DNA of 64,000 nucleotides from the human T2T-CHM13v2.0 reference genome, Homo sapiens: NCBI GenBank assembly GCA_009914755.4, contig CP068257.2, positions 32,640,001 to 32,704,000 of the forward strand, read 5' to 3'. Shown piece by piece: positions 52,120 to 64,000 of this stretch (position 1 is its first letter; each line of letters starts with the position of its first letter). The notes under the pieces were generated by a model. It saw only the letters and a program-made list of their open reading frames with translations, ran no database searches and was not told where the DNA came from. The position numbers and the translations under genes were made by a program.

Positions 52120-54349
52120 AGAAGTTGCACCTTTAACAAGTTCCCAGGTGCTGCTGATGCTGCTGGTCTTTATTCTGGGACCAACTTTGAGAATCATTGG
52201 TCAAGAGATCTAAGATGAAATTCTAACTCTGCTGCTAAGTTGTCATATGATTTGAATAATCAGTATCTCCTCTTTGATATTCTACAACCGGAATAGGCAA
52301 ACATTTTCAGTAAAAGGCCATATAATAAATACTTTTAGCTTTGCAGGTCATACGGCCTCTGTTGCAACTTCTTAACTCTGCCATTGTGGTATGAAAGCAG
52401 TCATAAACAACGCCTAAACAAACAGCATGACTGAGTTCCCATGAAACTTCATCGAGGTGGCAGGATCTGCTGACCTCTGTTCTACAGTCTCATGAGTGAT
52501 GTCTCTAAGTGAGGATTTCTTTGTACTTATCTAATTTGGTGCTTTTTGGACTTTCTGAATCTGAGGGTTGATATCTTTCATCGATTCGGTAAGATTCACG
52601 GTTATCATCTTCTTAAATACTGCCTTTTCTACATCGTTTCTATTACCAATTCATGAAACTCAGACCTGGTAACATGTTAGACTGTCTCACTTTATCCTCC
52701 GTGCCTCTTAGCTGCTTATATATTTTCTACCTATGTCTCTCTGTGCCACATTCATGTCTATCTTTTGTTTCTAGTAGTCCTTGTTGGCTCCTTATCAAGT
52801 CTGCATATTTTGATAGTCTCTTATATCTTCATCATTTATTCAATCACCTCATTTATTTCCTGAAACATTTTCTTATGAGTTTATTTCATATTCCATGTTG
52901 ATTTTTCCAATATCTGTGGTCTTTGAAGGTCTGATTCTGCAGTTTATGATTTCTGTGGATTTTCATTCATGATGGCTCATTTTATTCATGCTGGCCTGTT
53001 TCTTCATGAGGTTAGTAAATTTTGATCCTGACCTCTAATTCCTTGTAACTTTATCTGTGATAATTTTTTGAGGCCTAGTATCAATAAGGCAGTGCGGTAG
53101 TTTCTTTTGGATGCCTGGGGATGCTCCTTTATATAAGTTGTTGGCTTTAGAGCTCCCCAAGTAGTATGAATTTTGGTTTGCTATTAGAAATTGTCAGGTG
53201 ACATATTTCTTTCCTGCCAGTTCCCAAGGTGGAGACAGGCAAGTTCTTTTCTTGACAGGCAAGGAGGGGCAGGTACTTGGTCTCTGGTTCATTTCCTAAA
53301 GGTACTGCTTTTTAGTGGTCTTAGCCTTATATGAGGGGTCTCCCAGCCATCTCCTCAATCCCTGGTGCCCGCATGATCCCTTGAAACCTGGGCCAGGCCA
53401 GTAAGATATAGCCCATGCCCCACTTGGTGACCAGTGCCTTCAGCCTTAGCTGTTCTCTCTAGATTAATGCTTTCTCAAAGTTTCTGACCTCCTAGGCATG
53501 ACTTGTTCTGAAGCCAGTTCAACTGTGCTTAAAAAAATTATTTTCTTTAAATATCATCTATAGTATTTTGAGTGGCCTCTTTGGGAGTGGTGGCTTGGTA
53601 TTACCAGGGACACCAGTAGGTAACCAACCACTTCCAATTTCTGCTTCCTCATCTCTGAATGGAGAAACCAACAGAACCAGAAATGCTTCTTCAATACTTT
53701 TTTTTTAATGAATGAATCAGTGTTTTTTTATACTGTTCTCAGTATTCTTATTGTTTATTGTCACTACGCCACTGTGCAATGTGGAGGATAGGCTAATCGC
53801 ATGTTTCTCAGATTAGATCAGGTTAATTATATGAACTGACTTCATAAGATCTTTTTAAAAAGGTACTGTATAGAATTTGTAGACCTATAATTTGAAGTTT
53901 CGAATTTCCCTGTGTGATTCAGAAGCCCTCATTTGGCTGAGGCACTGATATGAGCTAATTACACCATGAAGCTTGTATTGGGAACAAATCATTTACCACC
54001 CTCCATCTTCATCCCAGTGTGGTGTGTGGATCTCCTCCCCTTGACTACTAAAAGTCTATTGAAATTATAAAACTTAGAGTTTTCATGTGTGTGAAAAGCA
54101 GTTCTCAAGCAAGAGCTAGATGTTTTGTGCGAGTTGAAGAGGCAGCTAGATCGTGGTGTACGAGACGCTCAGGAAGCACTTAACTCCCGATGGAAATATG
54201 ATTCGGGAAGGCGCCAGGAGCCTGTACAAATTTTCCACATTCTTGAGTTGGGGAATTCTGGAAGAATCAAGAGTGCTATCCCATGAGGATTTCAAGCGCC
54301 TACTATTACTACTATTACTGCATATTAATAAATAGTTTTGTGAAAAATA

Positions 54350-55128
54350 AAGTGAGGCAGAAATGCCAAATTGAAAAGGAATCTGCACAGTTTGGCATTT
54401 TCTTACAAAACTAAACTCTTGTCGTACAATCCAGCAATTGTGCTCCTTGGTATTTACCAAAAGGGACTGAAAACTTATGTCTACACAGAAATCTGCACAC
54501 AGATGTTTATAGCAGTTTTATTCATCATTGCCAAAACTTGGAAGCAACCAAAATGTCCTTCAGTAGGTGAATGGATAAATAAACTGTGGTGCATCCAGAC
54601 AATGGAATATTATCCAGGAATGAAATGAGCTTTCAAGCCATGAAAAGACATGGAAGAACCTTAAATGTATGTTGCTAAGTGAAAGAAGCCAATATGAAAA
54701 GCCTACATACTGTACGATTCCAACTACATGACATTCTGGAAAAGGTAGAACTATGGAGCCTGTAAAGGGACCAGTGATTGCCAGGGGTTAGCAGGGAGGA
54801 AGGAATAGGTGGAGCACAGAGGATTTGCAGGACGGTGAAACTGAACTGTTCTGTATGAAGTTATAAGGTGGATCCATGTCATTATGCATTTGTCCAAACC
54901 CGTAGAATGTACACCATCAAGAGTGAACCCTGATGTAAACTATGGACTTTGGGTGACAGTGATGTGTCATTGTAAGGTCATTGTAGCAAATAGATGGCTT
55001 TGGTGGAGATATTAATATTGTATGGAGGGGGTAGGGGGTGTATGGGAATTCTTAAAGTTACCACTCAATTTTGCTGTGAACCTAGAACTGCTCTAAAAAA
55101 TACAGCTTATTAATTTTAAATAAAGGAG
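54350..55128 (+). mobile_element. L1 3' fragment (old L1M-like): ORF2 C-terminus plus 3' UTR
   Basis: Track ORF 54371..54628 (...NPAIVLLGIYQKGLKTYVYTEICTQMFIAVLFIIAKTWKQPKCPSVGEWINKLWCIQTMEYY) parallels the L1 ORF2 C-terminus (DPAIPLLGIYPKE.K.YVHTK.CTRMFIAALFTIAKTWNQPKCPS..EWI.KMWYIYTMEYY). It ends in A-rich ...ttaattttaaataaag. Confidence 0.85.
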
Positions 55129-56627
55129 TTTGCAGAATGGAATGAGATGGTACCTTGGCTATCTCTCTGGAGTAGCTGTTACTCGCCGAAAAGAACAATC
55201 AAGTTCAAGTCACACACAAGGTCTAGGCCAGGTGCCTGCCCCTCTGTGTGTCCCTGCCTGGCTGGAGAAGAGACCTTAGGCCCCAGGATAGAGGCAGGAG
55301 CAATGGCTTCTTGGGGGCTTAGAGGGCATGGAATGGAAGGAGGACCTACTTCTGAAAGCCTAGGCATGCCCACTGCAGAGGGGCCAGAGGGAAGGAAGGA
55401 AGAAAGGAATTCATGCCTTTGGCATTTCCTGCCTCCCCAAGCACTGCAGGAGTGGTTTGCCGGGAAGGCTGGTGTTAGACCAAAACCTGCACCTCTGGGA
55501 GTCAACAAAGAGAGCCTGGAGAGGCTGGAAGGGCAGCTGGAAGATCCCATCTCTGGAATCTTTGCAAAAGAAGGACCTACCTGTAGACACACACTAGCAT
55601 ATACATGAGAAAACACACAGATTTAAACAGGTGAACAGGCACACAGTGACACACACATACTGGCACACACATGCACAGTCAGATGCGTGTATGCATTCAG
55701 AGTTCACGTCTATTGTAGAAACACACACAGATGATCAAGGCAGTTTGCCATTCTGGAAGTACAGCATAAGCAGTAGCTGCGGATAAACATGGCCTCTTGA
55801 TAGCCCGGGGAGCAAATTGTTCTAACATGTGTCCCCTGAGAATGCAACAGCCTTCCAGAACAATTAGCCCTCCCTTCTCCATCACTCAGCTGCGCTTGAT
55901 GGAGCTCTGTCTGTGTCTGAAGCTCCCAGTATGGTTTCTGGCAAATGCACAGGTGTGCTCATCGCAGTGTGCCTGCAGGCGGCTTTCCCGCCCATGTGTC
56001 TTCAGTGCTCTAGGTAGGTTGTAATATAGTGCTGTCAGTTCATGACATTCACTTTATCCACATGACACTGGAGGTCTTTGGTAGTGAGAACTTGCTGCCC
56101 ACGCTGCCTGAGAGGGTCAACAACAGAAGCAGTGAAGGAACTGAATCTTGCTGGGCCATAGAAGCTTCTGTTTCCCTATGTCCCCGACAGCGTTGCCCTT
56201 CCGACTTGGGGCCTTCCTCTCACTTGTTGCATAAGCTGTGGGAGAGAAATTGGGGGTAGGAGGCATTTTCAGTAGTTTGGGACACGTCTTCCTTGGGGCA
56301 ACACTAAGTGGAAACAGGCCCATTTGCACATTGGCAGATGGAATCCAACTGAATGTGGAAAAAAGCTCCTCCGCAGAGGGCTCAAACCAAACAGAACATT
56401 AACCAAAACAACACCTTTTAAGTTTAACAAGGACTTAGAAACTAGTTTGAAAAACTTCTGGCACTAATAGACAGCTTTTTAAAAACCAATTTAAAAGCTC
56501 TTCTGTTGAGTTAAAAAGCAAGAAGGCTTTCAATGCTTCCATTCTTTTCAAATTCTCTGCTTTTGAACATAATAGGATTATTTTCTTTTACAATTATTTC
56601 ACTGAACTGTTTTGCAACTGCGGTAGA

Positions 56628-57429
<802 letters not shown>

Positions 57430-57679
57430 CTATCGGGTATAGGTCAGATCCTGCCTGCTAACTTGAAAAAAAGACCAACTTATTGAGAAATAAACGAACT
57501 GTTTCATTGGACCTCATATAGTTTCTTTGGTTGCCTTTCTCTGTTCAGGTGAGCTTGTAGTATGAATTTTACACATATTCCTCACTATGCTAAGTGAAAC
57601 GTTCATGTTAGGAGGTTTAAATCTAACTGCATCTGACTCCAAGCATCTTTGTCTATCTTTGCTGGGGATTATCCTATTG

Positions 57680-58075
57680 TATTAGGTTGCTCGGGCTGCC
57701 TTAACAAAATATTGCAGACTAGACAGCTACAACAACAGGCATTTATTCCCTCACAGCTCTGGAAACTGGAAGTCCAAGATCAAGATACTGGCTGGGTTGG
57801 TTTCTCCTGAGGCCTCTCTCCTTGGCTGGCAGATGGCTGTCTTCTTGCCGTGTCTTCACATGGTCCTTCCTCTGCACATACAAATCCCTGGTGTTTGTAT
57901 GTCCAAATTTCCTCCTCTTATAAGGATACCAGTCAGAATGGATTAGTGACCAACCTAATGGACTCGTTTTAACCTAATTACCCTTTTAAAGGCCCCATCT
58001 TTCATTAAATTCTGAGGTACTGTGGTTTAGGGCTTTAATATATTAATTTTAGAGGACACATTTCAGCCCATAACA
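57680..58075 (+). mobile_element. Second copy of the unresolved LTR-like repeat (same family as 38130-38880)
   Basis: tgctcgggctgccttaacaaaatattgcagactagacagctacaacaacaggcatttattccctcacagctctggaaactggaagtccaagatcaagatactggctgggttggtttctcctgaggcctctctccttggctggcagatggctgtcttcttgccgtgtcttcacatggtcc...tttcagcccataaca. Confidence 0.55.
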
Positions 58076-58399
58076 CCTACGTTAAGCACAGCTAAGAGAG
58101 GTCTGTACAAGCCAAGAAGAGAGGACTGTACTACTTAAGTGGTGTGTCAGGACTATTGTCTATTATCCATGTTTACACTCAAGTTTACTGCAATATGCAG
58201 CAATTGGAACTATATCACTTAGTCACCTTCTGGCCCAGAGGAAGTGTATTCCAAAGACCATTAAGCTAATATGAGAACAGGCCAGCTCTTTGAGTGGCAG
58301 AAACTCTCTCATAAAAATCTTACAGGGTTGGGGGTAGGGGACTGGGGAAGAAGGGGCAGCATAAATGCAACTGAGTCCCTACCTCATACCATACAACTT

Positions 58400-59830
58400 A
58401 CACATAGGAAAATACACTACACCTTACACCAGTAGACCAAAATGTAAAAAACATACTTCAAAATGAATAAAGAAAATAAAGGACCATATCTACATGATCT
58501 TAAAATAGAGAAAACTTTTTTTTAAAAAAGGAGCTCACAAAGCCCAAAGAATAAAGAAAAAGAGATAAATTCAACCACTTCAAACTTTAAAATTCTGTAC
58601 AGAAAGTGTAAAAAAAACTTCCGTTGGCAAAAGTTTAAAAAAGATGCTTGGAGCCACATTAAATAGACTAGGAATTTGTATATAAAACACAGAATAAGAA
58701 AAATAAAAGTAGGAAAAAATAAATTAGCTGCCAGAAGAGTAAATGTGAATAGCCAATAAAAAACAAAAAGACGCTCAAGGTCAGGGAAGGGAAAGAAGAA
58801 GAACAGAGAGAGGCCATATCCCACCCATGGTACTGGTAAAATCAAGTTGTCAAACGATCTCAACTGTTGGCAAGGTTCTAGGGGAAATGGTACTCTCATA
58901 AATTGTTGCTGGAAATGTAAATTGGTAAAGGCATATTGGAGAGAAATTTGACAGCATCTAGGAAAATGGAAAATGTGCCTACCCTATGTCCTGGGAATTG
59001 TGCTTTGGGATACACACTGAACAAGCTTCTGCATATTTCCATGAGGGTCCTATACACAATGGTGTCTGTTGCAGCATTTTTGGTAATAGCAGGGAAAAAA
59101 ATGATCCCTTGATATAGAAAGGAATAAATAAAATGTAGTATTTTCCTGTGATGAAATGCCGCATAACAATTGATAATAAATACGAAGTTTATATCAGCCT
59201 GAATAGATTCTAAAAACAAGGTAGAGTATAAAAAGCAAGATGCAAATTGATGGGATATTTACAGACAATGTACGTGTGTATTTTTAAAAACAAAATCATA
59301 CAACATGTGTTTTAATTAATGCATATGTATCTAGAAAAAAGTTATTCTTAAGGAATGCAATGGATACATGATCATTTAGTTTCTGGGGAGATGCAGAGAA
59401 GCATGGGTGTTGAGGTTGGTGGTTTAGGGGACATGAGCTAATATCTCTTCTTGCCTCACTCCTCCTCTTCCCTTCCCTCCCCTCCCCTCTCTCCGTCCCT
59501 CCTTTCCCCCATTCCTTCTTTCCTTTCTTCCTTTTTTCTTCCTAAAAATTGACAAGAAGGAGATATGGCAAAAAAGTTTGCACTTGTTAATTCTAAATGG
59601 TAGGAATATGAAAGTTATTTTTAAAATTTTATGGTAACTTCTAAATTTCAGAAAGCAGAAACCAAACCAAACAAAAACCCTGGTATTTATAAAAATAAAA
59701 TCATAAACTATAAAACTCTACTGCAGGACATCATTTGTACTCCAAATCTCAGCATCACGCAATATATCTTAGTAATGAATCTGCACATGTACCCACTGAT
59801 TCTAAAATAAAAGTTGAAAAAAAAAAAACT
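58400..59830 (+). mobile_element. L1 3' fragment (ORF2 C-terminus plus 3' UTR with poly-A at about 59817-59828), containing a CT-rich tract at 59448-59545
   Basis: ...caactgttggcaaggttctaggggaaatggtactctcataaattgttgctggaaatgtaaattggtaaaggcatattggagagaaatttgacagcatc... parallels L1 (aaactgttggcgaggatgtggagaaataggaacacttttacactgttggtgggactgtaaactagttcaaccattgtggaagtcagtgtggcgattcc). The 3' end ...cacgcaatatatcttagtaatgaatctgcacatgtacccactgattctaaaataaaagttgaaaaaaaaaaa is the typical L1 terminus. Confidence 0.85.
59448..59545. repeat. Polypyrimidine (CT-rich) low-complexity tract
   Basis: cttgcctcactcctcctcttcccttccctcccctcccctctctccgtccctcctttcccccattccttctttcctttcttccttttttcttcc. Confidence 0.9.
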
Positions 59831-61259
59831 CTGCTGAAGGAAGCAAAGGAAGACTTGAACAAGTGAAGGAAAGGATTATTTTGCATCCACTGTCTTCCAG
59901 AGAGCCAGCCACTTCCTGGCATCATAAACTGACTCCTCAATGTTGGGAGTCCTCACTGGCTTTTGAGTTAGAGAGAACCATATCGGCTATTCTGTGTTGA
60001 ACCTCTCTTTTCACCTCCCCCATGGATGCCTCCACCCTCTTGAAGTACTGTCATAGGTGTCCGTTTTTCAGGGCCAGTAACTGGCCCCACTGTCCTGAAG
60101 CAGGGAGTTCCATTTTTAGGCAGCTTAACCTATTAAGGAAAATTCTTCCTTATTTTTCAGAAGAAAACTATTCCTGTAGACTCCACCCCTTGGTTCTAAT
60201 TTTGGAGCAACACAAATCAAGTTCAGTGCTCCTTTAACAGCAATGTCCTTCAAAGTGTAAAGACAGCCCAGGATGCTGAGTTTCGATCCTGCATTAATAA
60301 GTTTTTGGATCTAAAAATGTAGAGGGCGTCTTACACAAATGCAAACTCATGAACCTCATATGGAGAAATCACCCTAAAATATCTAAATGTCTGTGAAATT
60401 CAACTTTTAAACTTCTCTTTGGTAATATGGAAGAAACTAACCTGAGAACACAGAAAGATAGGCTCATATCAGGCAGTGGATTTTTCTCTGGGCTTGGAGT
60501 TGGAGGCGTCTTCCCTGGGAGGGAGAAGTACATAATTCATGAGCCATGCTTATCAGACTCCAAAGGGAAAGATACAGAGGGGAACTGGATGCCTGGTTAG
60601 AAACTGATACCTCAACAGACATAAGAGGGAGCTACATGATCTCCTTATGAATAACATTGCATATTTTATAAGGGAGTAGCAATGGCTTGCCAATTTCAAT
60701 GCTAAGGTGGGTTAACGAAGTTTGACTTAGAGGTAGGCTCTGGAGACACATTCCCCACTGGGTTGCTGTTTATCAGCTTGTTTCCTTTTCACCTGCCTGA
60801 GAAGTAACCGATGAATGAAAAAGGCTATTGGCACTCCGTTCTAGAGAAGTGATTGGTTGATGGTGTGTCTGAGTTATGTGAGATGTTGTGTATCATTGTG
60901 GGAAAGAGGAAAGAAGAAAGGAAACTGAAGCTCACGTTCTGTTAGTAGTGAAACAGGGATCGAAGCTCAGCCTCCTGGGCTCAAATGTTCTTTGTTTTGT
61001 TGAAACCTCACTACTCTCACAGAGACTATAAAGGCATCAATAGCAAATACGAAAAATATTTAATGACTGGTACCAACCAGTCAAAATGGACTCCAGCTGC
61101 TTTATGGGCATATGTTGGTGAGATACCTATCCCACCCACAACCATCACCAACCAGAGTCCAAGAGATGCTTTCAAAGGTGAAACAGAAGAAGCATTGCTC
61201 AATTAAATTATAACTAATTATATTGTCCTTGTCTTCTTTGATGAAATGGCTTTGTTTCC

Positions 61260-61555
61260 ATCCAGGCACGGTAGCTCATGCCTGAAATCCCAGCCCTTTG
61301 GGAGAGGCCAAGGTAGGAGGGTCACTTGAGCTTGGGAGTTCAAAACCAGCTGGGCAGCATTGCAAAACCCCATCTCTATAAGAAATACAAAAATTAGTCA
61401 AGCATCGTGGCAAGCGCCTGTAGTCCTAGCTACTCAGGAGGCTAAAGTGAGAGGATTGCTTGAGCCTAGGAGGCAGAGGCTGCAGTGAGCTGTGATTGCG
61501 CCACTGCACTACAGCCTGGGCAACAGAGTGAGACCCTGTCTCAAAAAATTTAGAA
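61260..61555 (+). mobile_element. Alu SINE (full length, older subfamily by divergence) with a perfect 16-bp TSD
   Basis: tccaggcacggtagctcatgcctgaaatcccagccctttgggagaggccaaggtaggagggtcacttgagc...gcctgggcaacagagtgagaccctgtctcaaaaaatttagaaa. TSD aaatggctttgtttcc at 61244-61259 and 61556-61571. Confidence 0.95.
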
Positions 61556-64000
61556 AAATGGCTTTGTTTCCCAGTAGATCTCTCTGAAATTATATTCTAT
61601 GTATGAAGCCATTCCTTCTTAAAACTTGTTGTAGGAAATCACTTCAACTCTGACTGTGAATGCAAAAGAAAGTAAAGGAGAATGGATATGGGGAAGGGAT
61701 GGCTTCATTTTTCTACATTTTGAGGTGGCTGACAAAACTTGCTCCTTCTTAAAGTCCTTCAGTGTCCTGAGTCAAGAGAGGAGATGCAAACATCCTTTAA
61801 CTCTCTCTTCCCATAATCTCCAGCCCCATGGTTTTATCTTTGGAGAATGTTCTCTTCTTTAAACCCTATCTCCCGTCTCCACCTGTTGCCATCTTATCCT
61901 AAAACCATTTCCAATAGGACATCCACTGCACAGCCCTCCTCATCGCCTTGCCGGGTTCTATCTACCTCTCCTTTCAGTCATGAATCAATTTCCTAATCCT
62001 GACATTTCCTAGGAGGGTAAATACATCTTAGGTGATAGTTCCCAGACAGCATCCTTAAATTTGGGGGTGTCTGATCACCTACAAGGGAAGACAATTATTT
62101 TACAACCTTTCCCTCACTGCACTCCCACCCAGTGCTGTATGTTTGTTTTTGACTAGAGTGAATTAAAATCAGTTTTGTTTGGAAGATTTCACAACACTCC
62201 TTGACATTTTTGGAGTTCCTATGGAGAAAGATTGAAGCCGGAATGAAACCTGAGGGCCTGCTGCATCGCACGTGTTTGGGGGCTTTTCTGTTTTGTTGTG
62301 CAAACTCAGTCCAGTGGGACACAGACATGACTGCTATGGGGAGGCATTTCCCTGTTTGCCAAAAAGCAATGGTGCGGAATAGTTTGAGAGACCACAAAAT
62401 TACATTTCTCTACTCAGCACTGTGAAAAATTGTCATGGAAAAATATATTACCAACTCACATCACCTGGATCCACTACAGCCAGGGAGCAAAAGAGATTTC
62501 AACCCAGTCACTAATATGTAATGGATTAATTCAACCTGAGTGTTTGTTGTGTCTTTCTGCTGTCTTTGGATTCAAACACATAATTGTCTAAATTGAGCAG
62601 TGAAGATTGCCTGGCTCCTTAGTTCTTGGGCTTCTATCCCTTTGAATTCATGTCATTCTGATTAAGGGAGAGAAGGAGGCAAGCAGGAAGTTTCCAGTTT
62701 GGGATTAAAGCATCAGCCCCAATTCTGGCCCCAGCATTTCAGGTGCATGAATACCGGCTGGTTTCTCCAGAATATCTCTGGTCTGGTCTCCACTTGAGAA
62801 GTTTGCTCTCCAAAACTCAAACCTCAATAATTATAAAAACTTACTGGAAGTGTTTTCAATATTTTTGAAGCTGAAAATATACCCATATATTTTAAACAAC
62901 CCCAAAGAGATCAAGAATGGGAAATGGCAGGGCTGGACAAGAGGCAGTCTGAAGCTGAAAGCCCAGGTGGGAAGATGCCAATGTCAAATTATTGGACAAC
63001 GATCAAATATTTGAGGCCTCCAGCAATTTGTGGAAATTATTTTAGCAGGGATAGTGGCACTAAGACAATGATTTGTTTTCTCCAAGTCTAAATGAAGAAA
63101 TTGTGTGGCTCCATGTTTCTCTTTTAATTAAGAATATAACCTTTTCTTTAAAAGAGTCTACCTGAACTACTAAGCCCACAAGACAGGGCTCTGCATGTTA
63201 AAATGTCAGGGAGTCTTGAAGACCCAAAAAACTTCTTAGTAATTGATCAGTGATAGCCAGCCTCAAATGACTTCCACATCTATAAATCGTAAGCCAGAAG
63301 GAGACACTAAAGAGAAGAACAGAAGGGTTTGTTGGGAGAGTACCACAAATAATTAAAAGTTATGGGAACAGAGAAGAAAATAAGACATGTTGATTAGAAA
63401 CATCAGGATGAATTGGCATTGATTTTGCTGTACAATAGAAAACTTGTTTCAAATTTTCTTCCAACAGATGCATAGCATGGTGAGTGAGGAATTGAATTTT
63501 ATTCCAGGTTCAAATTTAAGTTTGGAAATAAAATTTGGGAAGGTATGCCTCATTTCACAAAAACTAAACAACTTTTTGAATACTCTTACATAAGGAATCC
63601 CACAGAAATGGATCTAATTTGATTATCCAGTATCTGTAGGCTCAGAAAAATTTTTCTCTTGGATTTGAATTTTAATGCATGTTTAGCCCCTTTTTTATTC
63701 ATTTGCTGATACATTCTAATATTCTTCCTTGTGAATCTTTGCAGGTCCTGTTACAATCTGGTTGTAAGTGCTCACCTCTTTTAAAAACAACCAACATTTT
63801 CAATAAATTCCTTGAGAAAAATAATTGCTTGTTATACGGTTACAGAATATGAAAGCACACATTTGAATTGCAGCTGTTACCTTTCCTTCTGGTCCTTAAT
63901 AATTGGACCAAATATAAAAGTCACATGAATATTTTGTTTCTCCTTTTAAATGAAGAGTTCGTTAGCACTATCAGTTTTCTACCACATTCTTTTTTTTTTT

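Noticed and set aside
58522-59219. Two consecutive minus-strand ORFs (125 and 107 aa), Phe/Leu/Ile-rich
   Set aside because: They are on the antisense strand of an A-rich L1 ORF2/3'UTR fragment. The composition is driven by poly-T/AT-rich codons (F, L, I, Y, N, K), and there is no domain similarity. The true, degraded L1 reading frame is on the + strand.

Overview
The window is primate (human-like) nuclear genomic DNA, not a prokaryotic locus. It is AT-rich, CpG-depleted, and made up largely of interspersed repeats. I found at least 9 full or near-full Alu SINEs plus one Alu fragment; most carry recognisable target-site duplications. Other repeats are four 5'-truncated L1 LINE fragments, several MaLR/ERVL-type solo LTRs, MIR-like SINE fragments, two hAT-type DNA transposon relics and a number of simple or tandem repeats. 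The most structured element is a degraded ERVL-like provirus (about 26.8-34.5 kb). It has MLT2-like LTRs, a gag-like ORF, and pol remnants including a C-terminal dUTPase-like domain. A complete THE1 (MaLR) LTR-int-LTR element is inserted into it in the opposite orientation. I could not identify any host protein-coding exon, rRNA, tRNA or CRISPR array. The larger ORFs in the six-frame track are Alu-, LTR-, L1- or ERV-derived, or low-complexity read-through. I see no evidence of a novel biological system. The regions worth a second look are the nested retroelement, several local low-copy duplications, and a few CpG-retaining unique segments. Repeat family names are from memory of consensus sequences and should be confirmed with RepeatMasker/Dfam.
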